This document shows positions 51,335-64,000 of a stretch of 64,000 nucleotides of DNA, piece by piece; within the stretch, counting starts at the first letter, position 1, and each line of letters begins with the position of its first letter. The position numbers and the translations under genes are program-made. The notes under the pieces are model-generated. The model had not been told where the DNA came from, did not search any database, and saw only the letters and a program-made list of their open reading frames with translations. Source of the DNA: Gekko japonicus (lineage: Eukaryota); assembly GCF_001447785.1 (NCBI RefSeq), contig NW_015167162.1, forward strand, positions 1 to 64,000, given 5' to 3'.

Positions 51335-52290
51335 ATGTGCACAGCCCTGCTGGATCAGACCTGTGGTCCATCTAGTCTAGCATCCTGTTACACACAGTGG
51401 CCAGCCAGTTCAACAACAGGCCATACAAACCAAGGCCTTCCCCTGATGTTGCCTCCTAGCACTGGTATTCAGAGGTTTACTGCCTCTCAACATTGATGTC
51501 CCTTTAGTAACCTTGGCTAGTTGTTGATAGATCTCCCCTTTTAAAGCTGTCTTTGCCTGTGGCCTGTCTCATCACTGGAAAAGACAATGATGCTAGGAAA
51601 AATAAAAGGCAGCAGGAAAAGAGGAAGACCCAACAGGAGATGGATTAGCTCAATAAAAGAAGCCACAGCCCAGCATCTTGACGGCACTTAACACACACAC
51701 GCCTGTGGCCATCACTACATCCTCTGGCAGCAAATTCCACATTTTAATCACATGCTGTGTAAAGAAGTATTCCCTTTTGTCCGTTCTGAATCTACCACCC
51801 ATCAGCTTCATTGGATGCCCTCCAATTACAGTATTTTGGGAGAGGGAGAAAGAGTTCTCTTTGTCAACTCTCTCCGCCCCATGCATAATTTCATAAACCT
51901 CTATCATATCCCCCCCCCCTCAGTCGTTTCTTTTCAAAACTGAAAAGTCCCAGACTCTTCAGCCTTTCCTTAATCATCTTGGTGGCCCTCCTCTGTACTT
52001 TTCCCAGCTCTGTGACATCCTTTTTGAGATATGGTGACCAAAACTGCCCACAGCATTCCAAAAGAGGCCGCACCGTAGATCTATACAGGGGCATTATAAT
52101 ATTGGTTGTTTTAGTTTCAATTACCTTCCTAATAATCCCCAACATAGAGTTTGCCTGTTTCACCACTGCAGTACACTGTGTTGACACCTTCATTGAGCTA
52201 TAACCTCAAGATCTTTTCCCCTCTCAGCAGGTTCAGATCCCATAGCCTAAACTTAAAGCTGGGATTTTTTGTTCCAATGTGTATTACATT
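51335..52290 (-). mobile_element. CR1 LINE 3' fragment
   Basis: KQANSMLGIIRK..IMPLYRSTVRPLLECCGQFWSPYLKKD..VQRRATKMI; MIEVYEIMHG..YFFTQHVIKMWN. Confidence 0.9.
51565..51700 (+). mobile_element. RTE LINE 3' fragment inserted in CR1
   Basis: SLEKTMMLGKIKGSRKRGRPNRRW; (ac)n tail; 10-bp TSD GCCTGTGGCC. Confidence 0.85.
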
Positions 52291-54438
52291 GTGATCTAAC
52301 TATTACTGGGTTTTTTAAAAATATCATGAAAAAGCCCTCTGATGGCATGGGCAAGATGGCCACTGCAAGGCTGTGGTAACAACAATGGTGTCAGTGTGGG
52401 CAGGACAAGCAAAACTGTGTACCTTCCCACCTACACAACATCCAATGGCGTTTTGACTGCAGTTGTTTCAAAAAGATCATATCAGTCCAGGTTTGGAAAA
52501 GAACACAGCAAAGAAAAGAAAAACAATCAAAACAGGACAAACAGGACAAACAGAGGACAACGTCGGGTGGATACTCCCATAAACAATACTGCCAGGGCAG
52601 AGCTGAACAGCCATGTGGAAACAACCCAGATTCTTTTCAACCTGTGACAGTCCCAGGAATCTAAGATCTCCCTAACTGGGGGGAAAGGCTGCAGCCTAAC
52701 TATTCTGAATTTATACGTAAAGTTGAATGTCAGTTTAAATTAGTACCAGTAAAACGGGAGCATTGCTCAAAGTCTGACCAACACAGCAGTGATCTTATGA
52801 CTAATAGATTGTGTAAAAGCATGCAGTTGTATCAATTCCACACCATCACCTAGGAAGTGTCTGTTAGTCTGTGAACAAGAAAAGCCACCCACAAAACACT
52901 TGTAAATAGAACAAAGTTCTGAGAAAATGTTTGTACATTTACTGGCCTAGAAGCTGATTTCCTAACTATGATAAATCTGTTAGGTAGAAACATAACAGAG
53001 ACATGTATGAAGAGCTCACATCAAGGTGAGAGGAATGGCTGGAACAAAAAAGATCAAGAACTGTTCTTTTGCATTTCCTTGGGACAGAGCCAGCAAGTCC
53101 TAAGCACTAAGGAGCAGCTGAACACTCTAAATCCCATGCTAAGGCTCTCTGCTAATCACTGTGTCTGATTGTCTGGACAAAAGTATTCAATAACTGAATT
53201 CATTTCCCTTCTCTCCATCTAGCTGTCTAAAAACTCATATCATATCAAAGCACACGTGCGTTTGTGGCCTGCCATCCTAGATCTGGAAGGAAGAGAGACA
53301 TAATCACCCACAAAGGGAAAGCAGAGATATACAAATATATCATGTTCGCATCTGAAAGCATTCTCGTTCCAGATCCAGAAGGGTCTCAGTGTGGCTGTAG
53401 CTTTACAAGTTTTACTCCACAGATCAAATTTCTCCTGCCAGGCTGCTTAAATCCCACTGACTTCAATGGGATTAAAAACAAGCTAACTTGCGGGCAGGAT
53501 GGCAGCCTTGAGTTGTGGAGGGAGAAGAATTCTGTCTTAAACTGCAAGCATTTAGGGTCCTAAGAGCCTGTCTTCAAGACCACATATGATCATAGTATTT
53601 CATTATTTCAACTGCAGACAAAAAACATAGTCTGCAAAAAAGCACAATGTACTGTTAAAACAAATATAATATTTATCTTGTCCGAATAGATATGATACAA
53701 AGAGGGGGTGGGATAACATAATTGGGAGCAATGGGGAGGGACAGAGACCTGTACAGAGTTTACATGTCCTACTGTCCCTCCCTAATGAAAACACTTACCG
53801 ATCCCTTCTTATTTTCTGAGTCTTTTGCAGTTTCAAACCTTTCTCCACAATCAGAAACCTCACATTTACTGGGTTGTTGTTTTTTTTTTAAGTGATTCCC
53901 AAATCAACAATTGTTCGTGGCTTCTGGACTGTCAGCTCCACCATGACAGCATGAGTCACACAGCCTAACCGAGCGCAGACTGCAAACCTCACCACTGTGT
54001 TCCTGATTCAGGGTCTAGTAGGATGTTTCACACACTTTTACACATGTTAAATGATGCACATGATGCTGCTCAATGGACTGACAATGATGAAATGGTTATC
54101 TCTTCCATATAATGGGGCGGGGGTGGGGGGAGCTGAGATGCACGCAGATTCAGGAAGGACTTTGGCAACAGAACTCTTTAAGCCAAGAATGCCTATCCAG
54201 GGGGACAGAGCTATTTTTGCTGCACTACCATTGACAAAATAGACATCTTTGGGGAGAAGATCTTGATTCAGTGTTTATCTAAGTGTGTCCTTCTTCTTCC
54301 CCTCTACATCTGCCTTGGAATGAAACCGATGTCATTAGTCCTTTAAACGAGGGGAAAGAATTGTATCACCTGCCCTCGGACTTTCTCAATTTAATTTACG
54401 AAGAGGACAGCGCCTATGTGTAACCAAGAACAACTTAC

Positions 54439-54682
54439 CCAGCTGGTAACTTCTGCGTGGTAGGCAGTTGCCTGCCTCTGAAGGACCCTTCTCTCTCTAC
54501 ATTGCCTGTCCTTTTCAGAAGAGGGCCTGCTGGAGGCTGGGGGGCAGCCGCAGGGCCAGGGGGATGATACTCTTGCTCTGGAATCACCTCTTCACATCGT
54601 AAGCCTCTGAAACCTGAACGGCAAATGCAGAGCTGAGGACGACTGCAGGATCCTTTGTTCTGGCAGGGAGGGTCACATACAG
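54439..54682 (-). CDS. LTBP2: LTBP2 coding exon (~human exon 3): first EGF-like domain plus Pro-rich linker
   Basis: Acceptor ...tttgcctcctcag|CT GTA TGT; translates (P)[42 protein letters not shown]...QKLPAG, matching recalled human LTBP2 [35 protein letters not shown]; donor GG|gtaag; 244 bp, phase 1 to phase 2. Confidence 0.95.
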
Positions 54683-55627
54683 CTGAGGAGGCAAAAGAAA
54701 GCATTAAAAGAGAACAATGATCCCTACTGTGATAAACTATATAGCCCAGAAACAGCAGCCTGAGGGATGAAGTAAGACATGGTGCAAACAGATATAGCAA
54801 TAGCACAGGAGGATTTTCTCCTGCATCTTCTTCCCAAGATTGCAATTACATGACAGATGTATATACCAGCTATTTTAACTGCAGTCCATCAGTCTTTCCC
54901 CTTTCCACCATGTTTCTGGAGCACTATCCACCTTCTTACAAATTTTGCAAACTGTCACATGTCTATTTAGTTATTAAATGTTAATATATCACCTTTTTAA
55001 AAAATCACAATCTCTTTAAAAGGAGTTATACTGGGAATAGGAGGAGCAGCTGGTTATGTGGCACACACAGCAGCCAGCCAGTCAGGACTCTGGACAATTG
55101 GCTTCCTTTGCAAGCTCTCAGAACTCAGTTTTTCTTGAACTCAGTTCTGGTGAGGAAACGGTTTGTTTAAACAAAGAATAGTAAATATCAAAGTATCCTC
55201 ACTGCTCAAATACCATTACATCTATACATGCCTCAAGCTTAGACAACTGAAGACAGTTCCTTTAGTTTGATTTCCATTGGAGAGCCCCGTTCATTCGTTT
55301 GATTGCTTATTGCCAAGAAAGGTAAATTTTGAACTCTGGGATAAGACCATTTCAGCTAACATATTTCAGAGAAAGCACATTTGGCCTGGACCAGACTCAC
55401 ATAGATAGTCTAGAGATATGTATGGAACTCACAATATAGATAGAGATCCTAAGATTTTGCCACTACAGGATCTCTGCACAACTTAATCTGAATTTTACTA
55501 GATCCCAAAACAGATATAGGTTTAGCATCCCTGCCAAGCATAGCTACAAGTCTAAGCTGTGCTAAGTTCACTGCCCAAGAAAGGCATGAATGCATAGGAG
55601 GAGAGATGCCAACTTTGAGATAAAAAC

Positions 55628-55833
55628 CACTGTTCCCTCTATGCTGAGTTATTGTGAGCTAGCTCACAGTTTTTTAGCCTCCAGCTCACATATTTTTTGT
55701 CTTAGCTCAGGAAGGATGGCTCCAGAACAAACTATTTATGCAGTAGCCAAATCACTCGCTCACAATTTTAATGCCAATAGCTCACAAAGTAGAATATTTG
55801 CTCACAGGACTCCACAGATTAGAGGGAACATTG
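55628..55833. mobile_element. hAT MITE (same family as 32229 and 62320)
   Basis: cactgttccctcta / tagagggaacattg; followed by a PLE pLTR fragment at ~55850-55915. Confidence 0.8.
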
Positions 55834-56636
55834 CTGTCTCTTGAAAGACAAAAGCTCATACCTTGAATAAACCTTTGTTGGTCTTAAAGATGCCACTAGA
55901 CTCTAAATTTGTTCGCTTGAAAGAAATGTTTGATCATCTAGAAGGCAGACTGAACATATGATCAAATGTTTTGTTACTTTCCATACACTTAGGAAAGGGG
56001 ACAGGTTCCAAGCTGTCCCATCTGATCATGTACATTTCTATGTTCCCTCCACCAGCTAATTCAGAAGTCATCACAGTCAAATTCTTCAGCAATTATTGGA
56101 AGCTACAGTTCATTAACTTTGCACCCAAATCACCCTGGATTCTATGTATGCTCCTAATTACAGCACATCAACTTCAGCTGTAAACTCCAAGAGGAAACAA
56201 AGCACCATTAATTATTACTCACTAGGGTCTCACTCTTTCCTAAATTAATCAGGAGACAAATTAGTTTCCTAATCCAGCAATGTAACAGCTAGGAAGGAAG
56301 TTCATTTAGATGGGTTGCTCTCTACTTGAATGCAGCTTCATAGCAGTCTTCGATTGCTAATTGCGCCAAATGAATTTCCACCTTATTGGCTTGCTCTGGT
56401 AGCTTTGAAGGAGGTGCATCATGTAGAAAGGGGCCAGTAACACTGAGCAACAACTTAGGAGGAAGGAGCCCTGCACCTATACCAGAAGTCATTGCAAGAT
56501 GGACTAATGTTGCCAACATTGGCTTGGAAAATTTCTGGAAATTTGAGGAGGCAAGGGAGCACAGTGGCAAGGTAATGCCATGGAGTCTGCCCTCCAAACC
56601 TCCGGGTGAACTGATCTCTGAAGTCCACAGAGGCCC

Positions 56637-57320
56637 TGTCATGCCTGCCCTTGACTCAGCCCCAGAGCCAGCTCCTGACAGCCTAAGAGGGGAGGATTCA
56701 GTGCCTTTAAGAGATGAAGAAGCATCAGGATCTGCACCTACTGTAAGTACTGAGGAGGATACACAGCAATCTGAGTCAACTACAGGATGGTTTGCACCTG
56801 GGATTGAGCAGGCCATAAGCAGCTCACCACCTGCATCTCCCCCACCTGTAAGTAGGCTTAGGGATCAGAGACGTCAGGAGCTGGCTAGCCGACGAAAAGA
56901 AGCACGTTCAAGAGGGTGGAGATCCTTGAGCCCTGAGTTTTAACAGCAGCCAGGACCTCGCACAAAGGTGCTAATGAGTTAATGGGCCAGAGCACTATTT
57001 AGTAGGGCCTCTGGCCATGAGCAATTTGTGCTGGCAACCTCGTTCGTAGAACCAGAAGCTCCACACCTTGATTCCTGTTTGACTCTGTGGCTTTTGGACT
57101 TGGCTTGTGTTTGGACTGCTCTGGCTCCTGACTTCCAGCTTTGAACCTGACCACGCCCTTGGCTTTGCTCCCTGTACTCTGACCTCTGGTAACGTTTGAC
57201 TACGGCTTTGTCTGGTGTTTTGGGACTTGTTTAATGCTCTGCTGACTGCTCTCCCGGCTAACCTTTGGACTTGTATTGTGACTCCCCCTGTCTGCCTGCC
57301 TCCCTGGCTCTACCGTGACA
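56637..57320 (+). mobile_element. Solo LTR (684 bp) inserted in a MITE
   Basis: TGTCA...TGACA termini, 5-bp TSD GGCCC; TATTTA at ~56996. Confidence 0.85.
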
Positions 57321-57604
57321 GGCCCCAGCTGAGACTGGTAACTCTAAAGATGGCAGAGGCAGAAAGCCAGCAATGTGGCATGCTTAGCATGGGGCTCTGT
57401 AACTATGCTGAGCATGCAAGCCACATGCCTGTCCAGTGTTTACCATATTCCCCACTTTGTTTCTACTACCTTGCAAAACCTACCAATAAGGGCACTGGGG
57501 ATCCTTCCCCCGAGGTCACTGTCCAGCAGTGACTTCTTCCATGAATGTCATACTACCTTGCAAGCTGCTGCTGTCTTTCTTAATAACCTATTACTTGTCT
57601 ATTT

Positions 57605-58215
57605 CAGTGGTCCCCATCTTTTTGAGCCTGTGGGCACCTTTGGAATTCTGACACAGGGTGGTGGACACAACCACAACATGGCACTGCCTCCTCCTGCTCC
57701 CCAACAATCAGTCACTGCCCAGCCACGTGTCCCACGCTTCTTTTCCCTCCGCTGCCGCCTCCTGCAGGCTGGCAAGCAAGGAGGAAGAGGGCAGCCACGG
57801 TGAAGGAAAAGCCCAGCAGACAGTTGCCACTCAGCTGCACGTCCCACACTTCCCCTCCACTGCCTCCTCCTCCTGTGGGCTGGCAAGCAGAGCAAGGAGG
57901 AGGGGGGAGCCAGGGCAAGAAGGTAAGCACAAGCTGGCAGGGCAGGGGCAGACCTGGGGGTGGGGCACCAGGGGGGTATGCTGCAGTGCCACTGTTTCCC
58001 AGTTTGGGGTCCTTGTGGTTGGGAGGGGCTGGTTGCTCCGCAGGGGCTGGAGAGCAGGCGATGGGTCCCCCACTACCCCCGATGTGATGATGTCCCTTCT
58101 GGGTGACGACAGCCTGTCAGGGATGTCCCCACCCACTCTGGGAATGTCCCCCCAATCCCACCACCAGTAAGATAAAGGGACCTAGCCACCCCAGGCACCA
58201 CATTGGGGACCCCAG
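57605..58215. mobile_element. hAT/Charlie-like MITE
   Basis: cagtggtcccca / tggggaccccag; TSD gtctattt / gtctatcc; same family as 25234-26806 in opposite orientation. Confidence 0.75.
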
Positions 58216-58437
58216 GTCTATCCTAAAAGGGGCATTCCAAATGACTGTCACAGAACAAGAAAACATAGATTGATAAGATAAATAAGCATCATAACAATTA
58301 CTCTTAGAGCTCTAATTAAGATGGCAGTCAAGCAATCAAAAAAACAAAAACAAAAAAACCTCCAGGTAGCAATACGGCAAGTGAACCAAATCTAGGAGAC
58401 ACCACAATTTAAAAAAATTAAAAAATTGCTCCATTAC

Positions 58438-60050
58438 TAGAGAAGTAAAATTTGCAGAAATGTTTTTTGGGGGGGAATGAAAATTTTGGGGAAAATTGAA
58501 ATATATGCAATACTTACTGTCCTATCAAACCTAAACTAATTATACTGCATTACAAAAAATGCATCATTTATAACTTAGCATACAAAACTGTAATACTTAT
58601 GGAATTTAAAGTTGTAAATGCCTTCATTTTCTACAAGCAAAAATGCAAATATACCCAATACTTGAGAGAAAACTGCAAACTGTTACCCCCTACGATGCCT
58701 TAATAAACATACCTTAATCTTTTGCTATCTGAAAAGTAGAAAAAATAGTCATTAAACAGAAAACACACGATGGGGGTAAATAGCATATATTATTTGATCA
58801 GAAAGGGGGTCCTACAAAAGGTCAATAAAATAACATCTGCACAGCAAGATGTAGGTACAGTTAAATGATTTCTTCTTCCTTCTGCAGCTACTTGTTACAG
58901 AGAGCTCAGTTCTTAGTGCAACTTTCAGAATTTTCCTGTGAGATTTTGGTGCAGTTTCTGCCCCACCTCCTTCTGATCTTTTTTTTTTTTACTTCCAGCA
59001 ATGTAAACCAATAAGCTACTCCTTACCCAATCTGTGGGTATATGTGTGGCAGAGGCTTGAGGGAGAAGTGACAAGGTCAACCATAAGGGAAGAATCAGGT
59101 CAGAAGGGCAACAGAACCAATGAAAGCCCTACATGATTCCCTCATGAAGATTGATATCCTTCTTGGTACAGAAATGCATCTTGTATTTAAGAGCAATATA
59201 TGTCTACAGCATGCCGACATTGTCTTTAAAAGCATTTCCCTCATTCTAAAAGAGAAAAAATTGTCATAGAAGTTTTTTTTTCAGTACTCCCCAACTTTCC
59301 ACACACACAACACACAACAAACCTTTATTGGCATACCAACAGCAGCAGCCTTAGGTACAGGGGCGGTAGGCACGCAAAACAGTTAATTCACTACCCCTTC
59401 TGCCGAAAAAGAGCTTCTGCTCCTATACGCTCTGTAAAGGAAGTTTGCCACCTATTCAGTGGTATCAGCCCTGTTTGAGGTTAGAAGGTTCATTATCTTA
59501 CTTTCCTCAGATTTGCCCTCCAGGGTTTGCAATATAGGGCCGAGGTGATAAGTGTGCAAATCCTGGTAAAATCTACAAGTCAGAAGTACATGGTCCGTTC
59601 CTTCAATCTCCCTGAGCCCACAGGGATATAACCTATCTGGGAATGGTATTTTTTTTTAATCTCCCATTTAACACAGCTGAGGGGAGCGCATTAAAACGGC
59701 CCAGTGTGAATACCCTTCTAATATAGGGATCAATCAGACAGGAAAAATACTCTGGCAGTGGCCCATTAAGAGAAATCCCCCAATGAATGGGAGAGCAATG
59801 CCCAGTAGCAAGGCTTCTAAGTTCTTGCAGTTCTTGCATTTCTATATCGATCAATCTCTGTTTAATCATGCCAAAAGCGTACTTCTCCGAAAGAAGGATC
59901 AAATCATCCATGCTGAGCCCCATCAGTGTAATTTTCCCTTCAACACATGTCAACCAATCTGATAGGTGAGATTCACATAGCATAAAATTTGGGGGGGAGG
60001 CATTTTCCCCTGATTTTTCCTGGGTTTTTCCTGGACCCTCACATCCTCTA
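58438..60050. mobile_element. Non-autonomous hAT element
   Basis: TAGAG... / ...CTCTA termini with perfect 8-bp TSD TCCATTAC (58430-58437, 60051-60058). Confidence 0.7.
59301..59945 (-). mobile_element. Non-LTR retrotransposon ORF2 C-terminus with zinc knuckle (RTE-X-like), nested in the hAT element
   Basis: RRVFTLGRFNALPSAVLNGR...PCGSGEIEGTDHVLLTCRFYQD; AATAAA plus (TG)n-like tail. Confidence 0.7.
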
Positions 60051-60783
60051 TCCATTACCAAAAGCTTGTTCATCTGAGCACAAGGAGAACATCTTTTGAG
60101 AAGGGAGTTCAGCAAACACAGCCCTGGTAGACAGCGGCTGGGAACACCCAGAAAAGAGCCTGTAATGATGATCTCTACTGATAGGCAGTTTGAATGTGAG
60201 AAAACATTCTTCAGATACCCCACTTTAACATCATTTAAAGCTTTAAAGGTCATAACCAACACTTTGCATTGTGCTCAGAAATAGAGTGGAATCCAGTACG
60301 GATATCTGAGCACAGAAGAAATATGCTCTGCATGATAAGCTCCTGTTAACATTTATTTATTTACTAGAAAATGCATAAGCTACCTCTCCAGAGACCAGAC
60401 ATCATATTCTGGACCAGCTGATGTTTGCAGTCCCACATATTAAAGTAATGTGGCCTGGACATTTAAAAAGTGTGGATAACCATGGCATGTCCTTCATTCA
60501 CCAGGAGTAGCTGAAGTTAGCATATCAACTGAAGTTGGTAAAAGGTTCGCCAAACTGTGGCTGCTACTAGTGTATTCATAAACAACATGGAATGTAACAA
60601 GAAACTCAACCTGCAAACCTGATCTTTAGTCAGAGGGAAAGGAAAAAAGTGCATAGCAGAACATACAAGTAGAATTATAGTATAATCCTAAATGGAATTA
60701 CTCTCTTCCAAGCCCATTGAAATCAACAGGCTTAGAAGGGTGTAACTCTGTTTAGGATTGTACCATTAGAACACAAAATGTGG

Positions 60784-62049
60784 ACTTCCTGTCTATGGAT
60801 TGGCGATGGCGGTCACTCTCCCCAGAGCTTGGGGAGGCGATTAGCACACCATCGGCATGGAGGGGTGCCACCTCAAGTGGCACTCCCACGGAGCCTTTGT
60901 GAAAGGCTCCAGGCCAGAGAGCTTTGAGGGATAGCCTCTTTGACGGCTTGCTGCCGGAGAATTGAGGCTTCTCTCCGCTCTGACGGTCCTACCGGTGAGT
61001 GGCCTTAGNNNNNNNNNNNNNNNNNNNNNNNNNNNNNNNNNNNNNNNNNNNNNNNNNNNNNNNNNNNNNNNNNNNNNNNNNNNNNNNNNNNNNNNNNNNN
61101 NNNNNNNNNNNNNNNNNNNNNNNNNNNNNNNNNNNNNNNNNNNNNNNNNNNNNNNNNNNAGCTGCAAATGCAAAAGGCTAATATGATTCTCAGGTTCCAT
61201 GGGGTTCCTGAGACAGAAAAAGAAGACTTGAAGAAGACTCTGGGTGAGATTATCGCTCCAGTGACAGGCTTGCCAGCGGAGGAAATAATAAAAGACGTAG
61301 AGACAGCTTATAGGGCTTACTCTAATTATATTTTAAAAATAGCCTGCCTGGAGAGATTGTGGTGAGATTTGCAAGAAGACAGACCAACTCCACTGAAATT
61401 TGGGAATACAATTATCAAGACTTTAAAACACATTCCATTTGAAATTTGTCAGAAGAGAAAGAGCTACAAGGAGTTAATTACTTTTATTCAAACAGTATAC
61501 AGTACAGGTGGGCAATTCCTGAAGGTGTCATCTTTAAAATCAACAATAGGAGAAGATAGACTCCATCTTCAAAGCCAAGGAATTCTTGAAATGCCAGCTA
61601 GGATCGGGGGAAGAATATAAAGAGGAAGAAACTAAGTCAAGTGACTCAGCTGCCTCGGGAACGGATGAGGACTCTGCTGCAGAAGCGGGTGCGGGAGCAA
61701 TGAAAACTGTATATGATTTTAGAGACAGAAAGCCGAAGTAAGGGCAGAAGGACTTTGATAAATGGCTCTTTGAAATAAAGAAGATGTTCAGAAAGTTCTC
61801 TCATAATAACTAATTTACTAATATAGAACAATGTGAAAAACAAGAACTCTACAAGTATATTGTTTTATTAACTCTTTTAATACTAATATTAAGGTTAATA
61901 TAAAGGGGGTCTCCCACTCTTGGGTTTTTAGTTAGTGTGGGTTTCTTTCCTTTATCCATAGTTGTAGTTCCCCTTCCAATATTTTTCTTTGTAGTTTGTA
62001 GTCTTATTGAAAAAATAAAAATACCCCTCCGGGGGTTTAAAAAAAAAAA
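60784..62049 (+). mobile_element. ORF1-only L1 derivative (half-L1-like)
   Basis: GC-rich 5' UTR; ORF1 remnants ILRFHGVPETEKEDLKK..KDVETAYR, LKHIPFEI.QKRKSY, YRWAIPEGVIF; AATAAA plus poly(A); 16-bp TSD agaacacaaaatgtgg. Confidence 0.75.
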
Positions 62050-62319
62050 AGAACACAAAATGTGGGTTGGAAGCTATGTGTTTTGTTTTCAGACTCAACC
62101 CTCTTTATTGTCTTAATTCTAAATCCCTCAAGGTTTGAGTTATAGGTTTGAGTCTTAAATACAAAATGCTTCTCTGATTTACAGTATTCTCTCTGGCTAC
62201 ATTTCCATTAAAAGACACCCAAGTTGCCCCCTGGTCCAAACAATTTAAATCAGGCTAAGATGACTCTTGTGTGGCTAGAACTCTCAAAGATATTTGAAGC
62301 ATTTGGGATACCAGCTATT

Positions 62320-62524
62320 CACTGTTCCCTCTAAGCTGAGTTAGTGTGAGCTAGCTCACTGTTTTTAGCCTCCAGCTCACACATTTTTATCTTAGCTCAG
62401 GAAGGAGGGCTCCAGAGCAAACTAATTTATGCAGCAGCCAAATTACTTGCTCACATCTTTATTGCCAGTAGCTCACAAAGTAGAATTTTTGCTCACAGGA
62501 CTTCACAGCTTAGAGGGAACATTG
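62320..62524. mobile_element. hAT MITE
   Basis: cactgttccctctaag / cttagagggaacattg; TSD CAGCTATT. Confidence 0.88.
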
Positions 62525-63439
62525 CAGCTATTTCCTCCCTGGGCAGCTGTAGAGATGTCAGCCTTTGAATGCCCTAGGAAGAAAGGTGGGAGGGATGCTA
62601 CCAGGGGAACCCAACAGCATTTACACTTGTAAAGTATTAGTCTATTGCTGGGGGGTGTGGGGAATACAAAATGTCTTGACCTTCAGGCCTGCCTCAAATT
62701 TACCATCCTCTGTCAAGAAAGGATTTTCTAGGACTTTGACAGCACCCTTTTAATTAATCCACACAAACAATGGCCTGCCACTTGAAAAGTCACCAGGCAG
62801 CCCTAATGGCCAAGAGCCCATGTCGGTCAGACATAGCATTTGTACTGTTCCCAGAAAAGTCTCTTAATGAGAGAAAGATGCTGCCATTCCTGGCCTTGTG
62901 TGTTGTTTATAGACACTGTCTAGCAGCCCAGTATGCTCTCTACTGTTTGGCTTCTGAGACGGTGAGTCAATCTTTGGCCCCTTATTCCAGAACACAGCTT
63001 TAGTCAGCTTCTCTGGAATAATCCTATTAACGGAAAGGCCTGCCTTCAGCAAACAACACACAGCCCAATTGGCATGGAACATCCAGAAAAACTCCTAATT
63101 CCTATCTACCAGGGGCAGTCCGGGAGGCCAAAGAGGCTCTGGAGATGGGCCCTGCCCCCTCAATGGGAAGGAAGGGAAGGAGGAAGACAACCAGCCTTGG
63201 CCCTGGCTCTGACAGAGGGGGAAGGAGAAGACTCAGAGGAGCTCCGCCCAATTTGTATGAAGTGGAGACCAGTCAGCAGTGACTCATACCTGCTTCATGT
63301 GAGATGGGGGTTGCCAGCTCACAGCAGCACCCGCTCCAACTCATCTTGCACAAAGCTGCCCTGGGGATGGCCCGCCTCAGGCCCATGGCCCAATGGGACT
63401 TTTCCAAGTGGCCTTAATGGCCAATCTGCCTTTGCTGCC

Positions 63440-63740
63440 TACAGTTCTTAGGCTGCCACCAGCTGGCTGGTCCCCTACTTAAGGTACTCTGCCTGGCATT
63501 AATCACAGCCTGTGACTTTTGTATTGTAATTCCCACTCTGTGGAATGAATTTCCTGTGTAGGTGAGGGGTGCTCTAGAAATGTTTAGGAGACGCTGCAAG
63601 GCCATGTTATTTGCCACAGCTTTTAGGCGGGAGCCAGGTTATTTGAGGTTTTATTTCATTCTGTACGGTTTATATCATGATTTGTAAGCTGCATTAAGCC
63701 ACAGAGAAAGGTGGGATATAAACATTTTAATAAAATAACT
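63440..63740 (+). mobile_element. L2 3' fragment
   Basis: cccactctgtggaatgaatttcc..tttaggagacgctgcaaggcc..ttatttg; tgtaagctgc...gtgggatataaac tail. Confidence 0.65.
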
Positions 63741-64000
63741 GCTGTCAGTGCTTCATTTGTACAATGAGACGTGTCTAGTATTTTTGAAGCCCTGCCCGCT
63801 AATCCAAGATTAGCCACTTTAGCTACCAGGGATATCATCATCCCAGGTTCAGATGGTAGGTGGGGACAGATACAAAGCCAGGATCAAAGTGCTGTTCCTA
63901 AAGATTAAACATTAAAGAAAGTTGTCTATTATTCAGAGCATTAACTGTGGTTATTTTTGTGCCTCAGACTCAGAAATATAAGAACTTCTGAGGAATAGTC

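Noticed and set aside
18351-54682. LTBP1/3/4 or fibrillin assignment
   Set aside because: Peptides such as [28 protein letters not shown] and GRDECWCP match LTBP2 best as recalled
56386-56943. 185-aa ORF
   Set aside because: Spans a MITE/solo-LTR junction; low complexity

Overview
Vertebrate genomic DNA, most likely a squamate and probably a gecko (inferred from its repeat families), from a gapped assembly with five N-runs. The window lies inside the minus-strand gene LTBP2 (latent TGF-beta binding protein 2). Six coding exons are present, equivalent to human exons 3-8. All have canonical AG/GT splice sites and their phases join into one reading frame. They encode EGF-like repeats, the basic [11 protein letters not shown] motif, the 4-Cys-like region and part of the hybrid domain. 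The neighbouring exons (2 and 9) were not found and probably lie outside the window. The introns are packed with repeats: CR1, L2, RTE/BovB, L1, Penelope-like elements, tRNA- and 5S-derived SINEs, Gypsy/solo LTRs, and hAT and Harbinger-like MITEs, often nested and with readable TSDs. Most notable: (i) a fold-back Penelope-like insertion carrying minimal hammerhead ribozyme motifs on both strands, (ii) a CpG-rich Sauria-type SINE that appears to end in an L2-type tail, (iii) an ORF1-only 'half-L1' with a poly(A) tail and 16-bp TSD, and (iv) local 185-360 bp duplications next to the ends of one MITE family. No prokaryotic-type system or CRISPR array is present. Family names come from recall of consensus motifs, not database searches.
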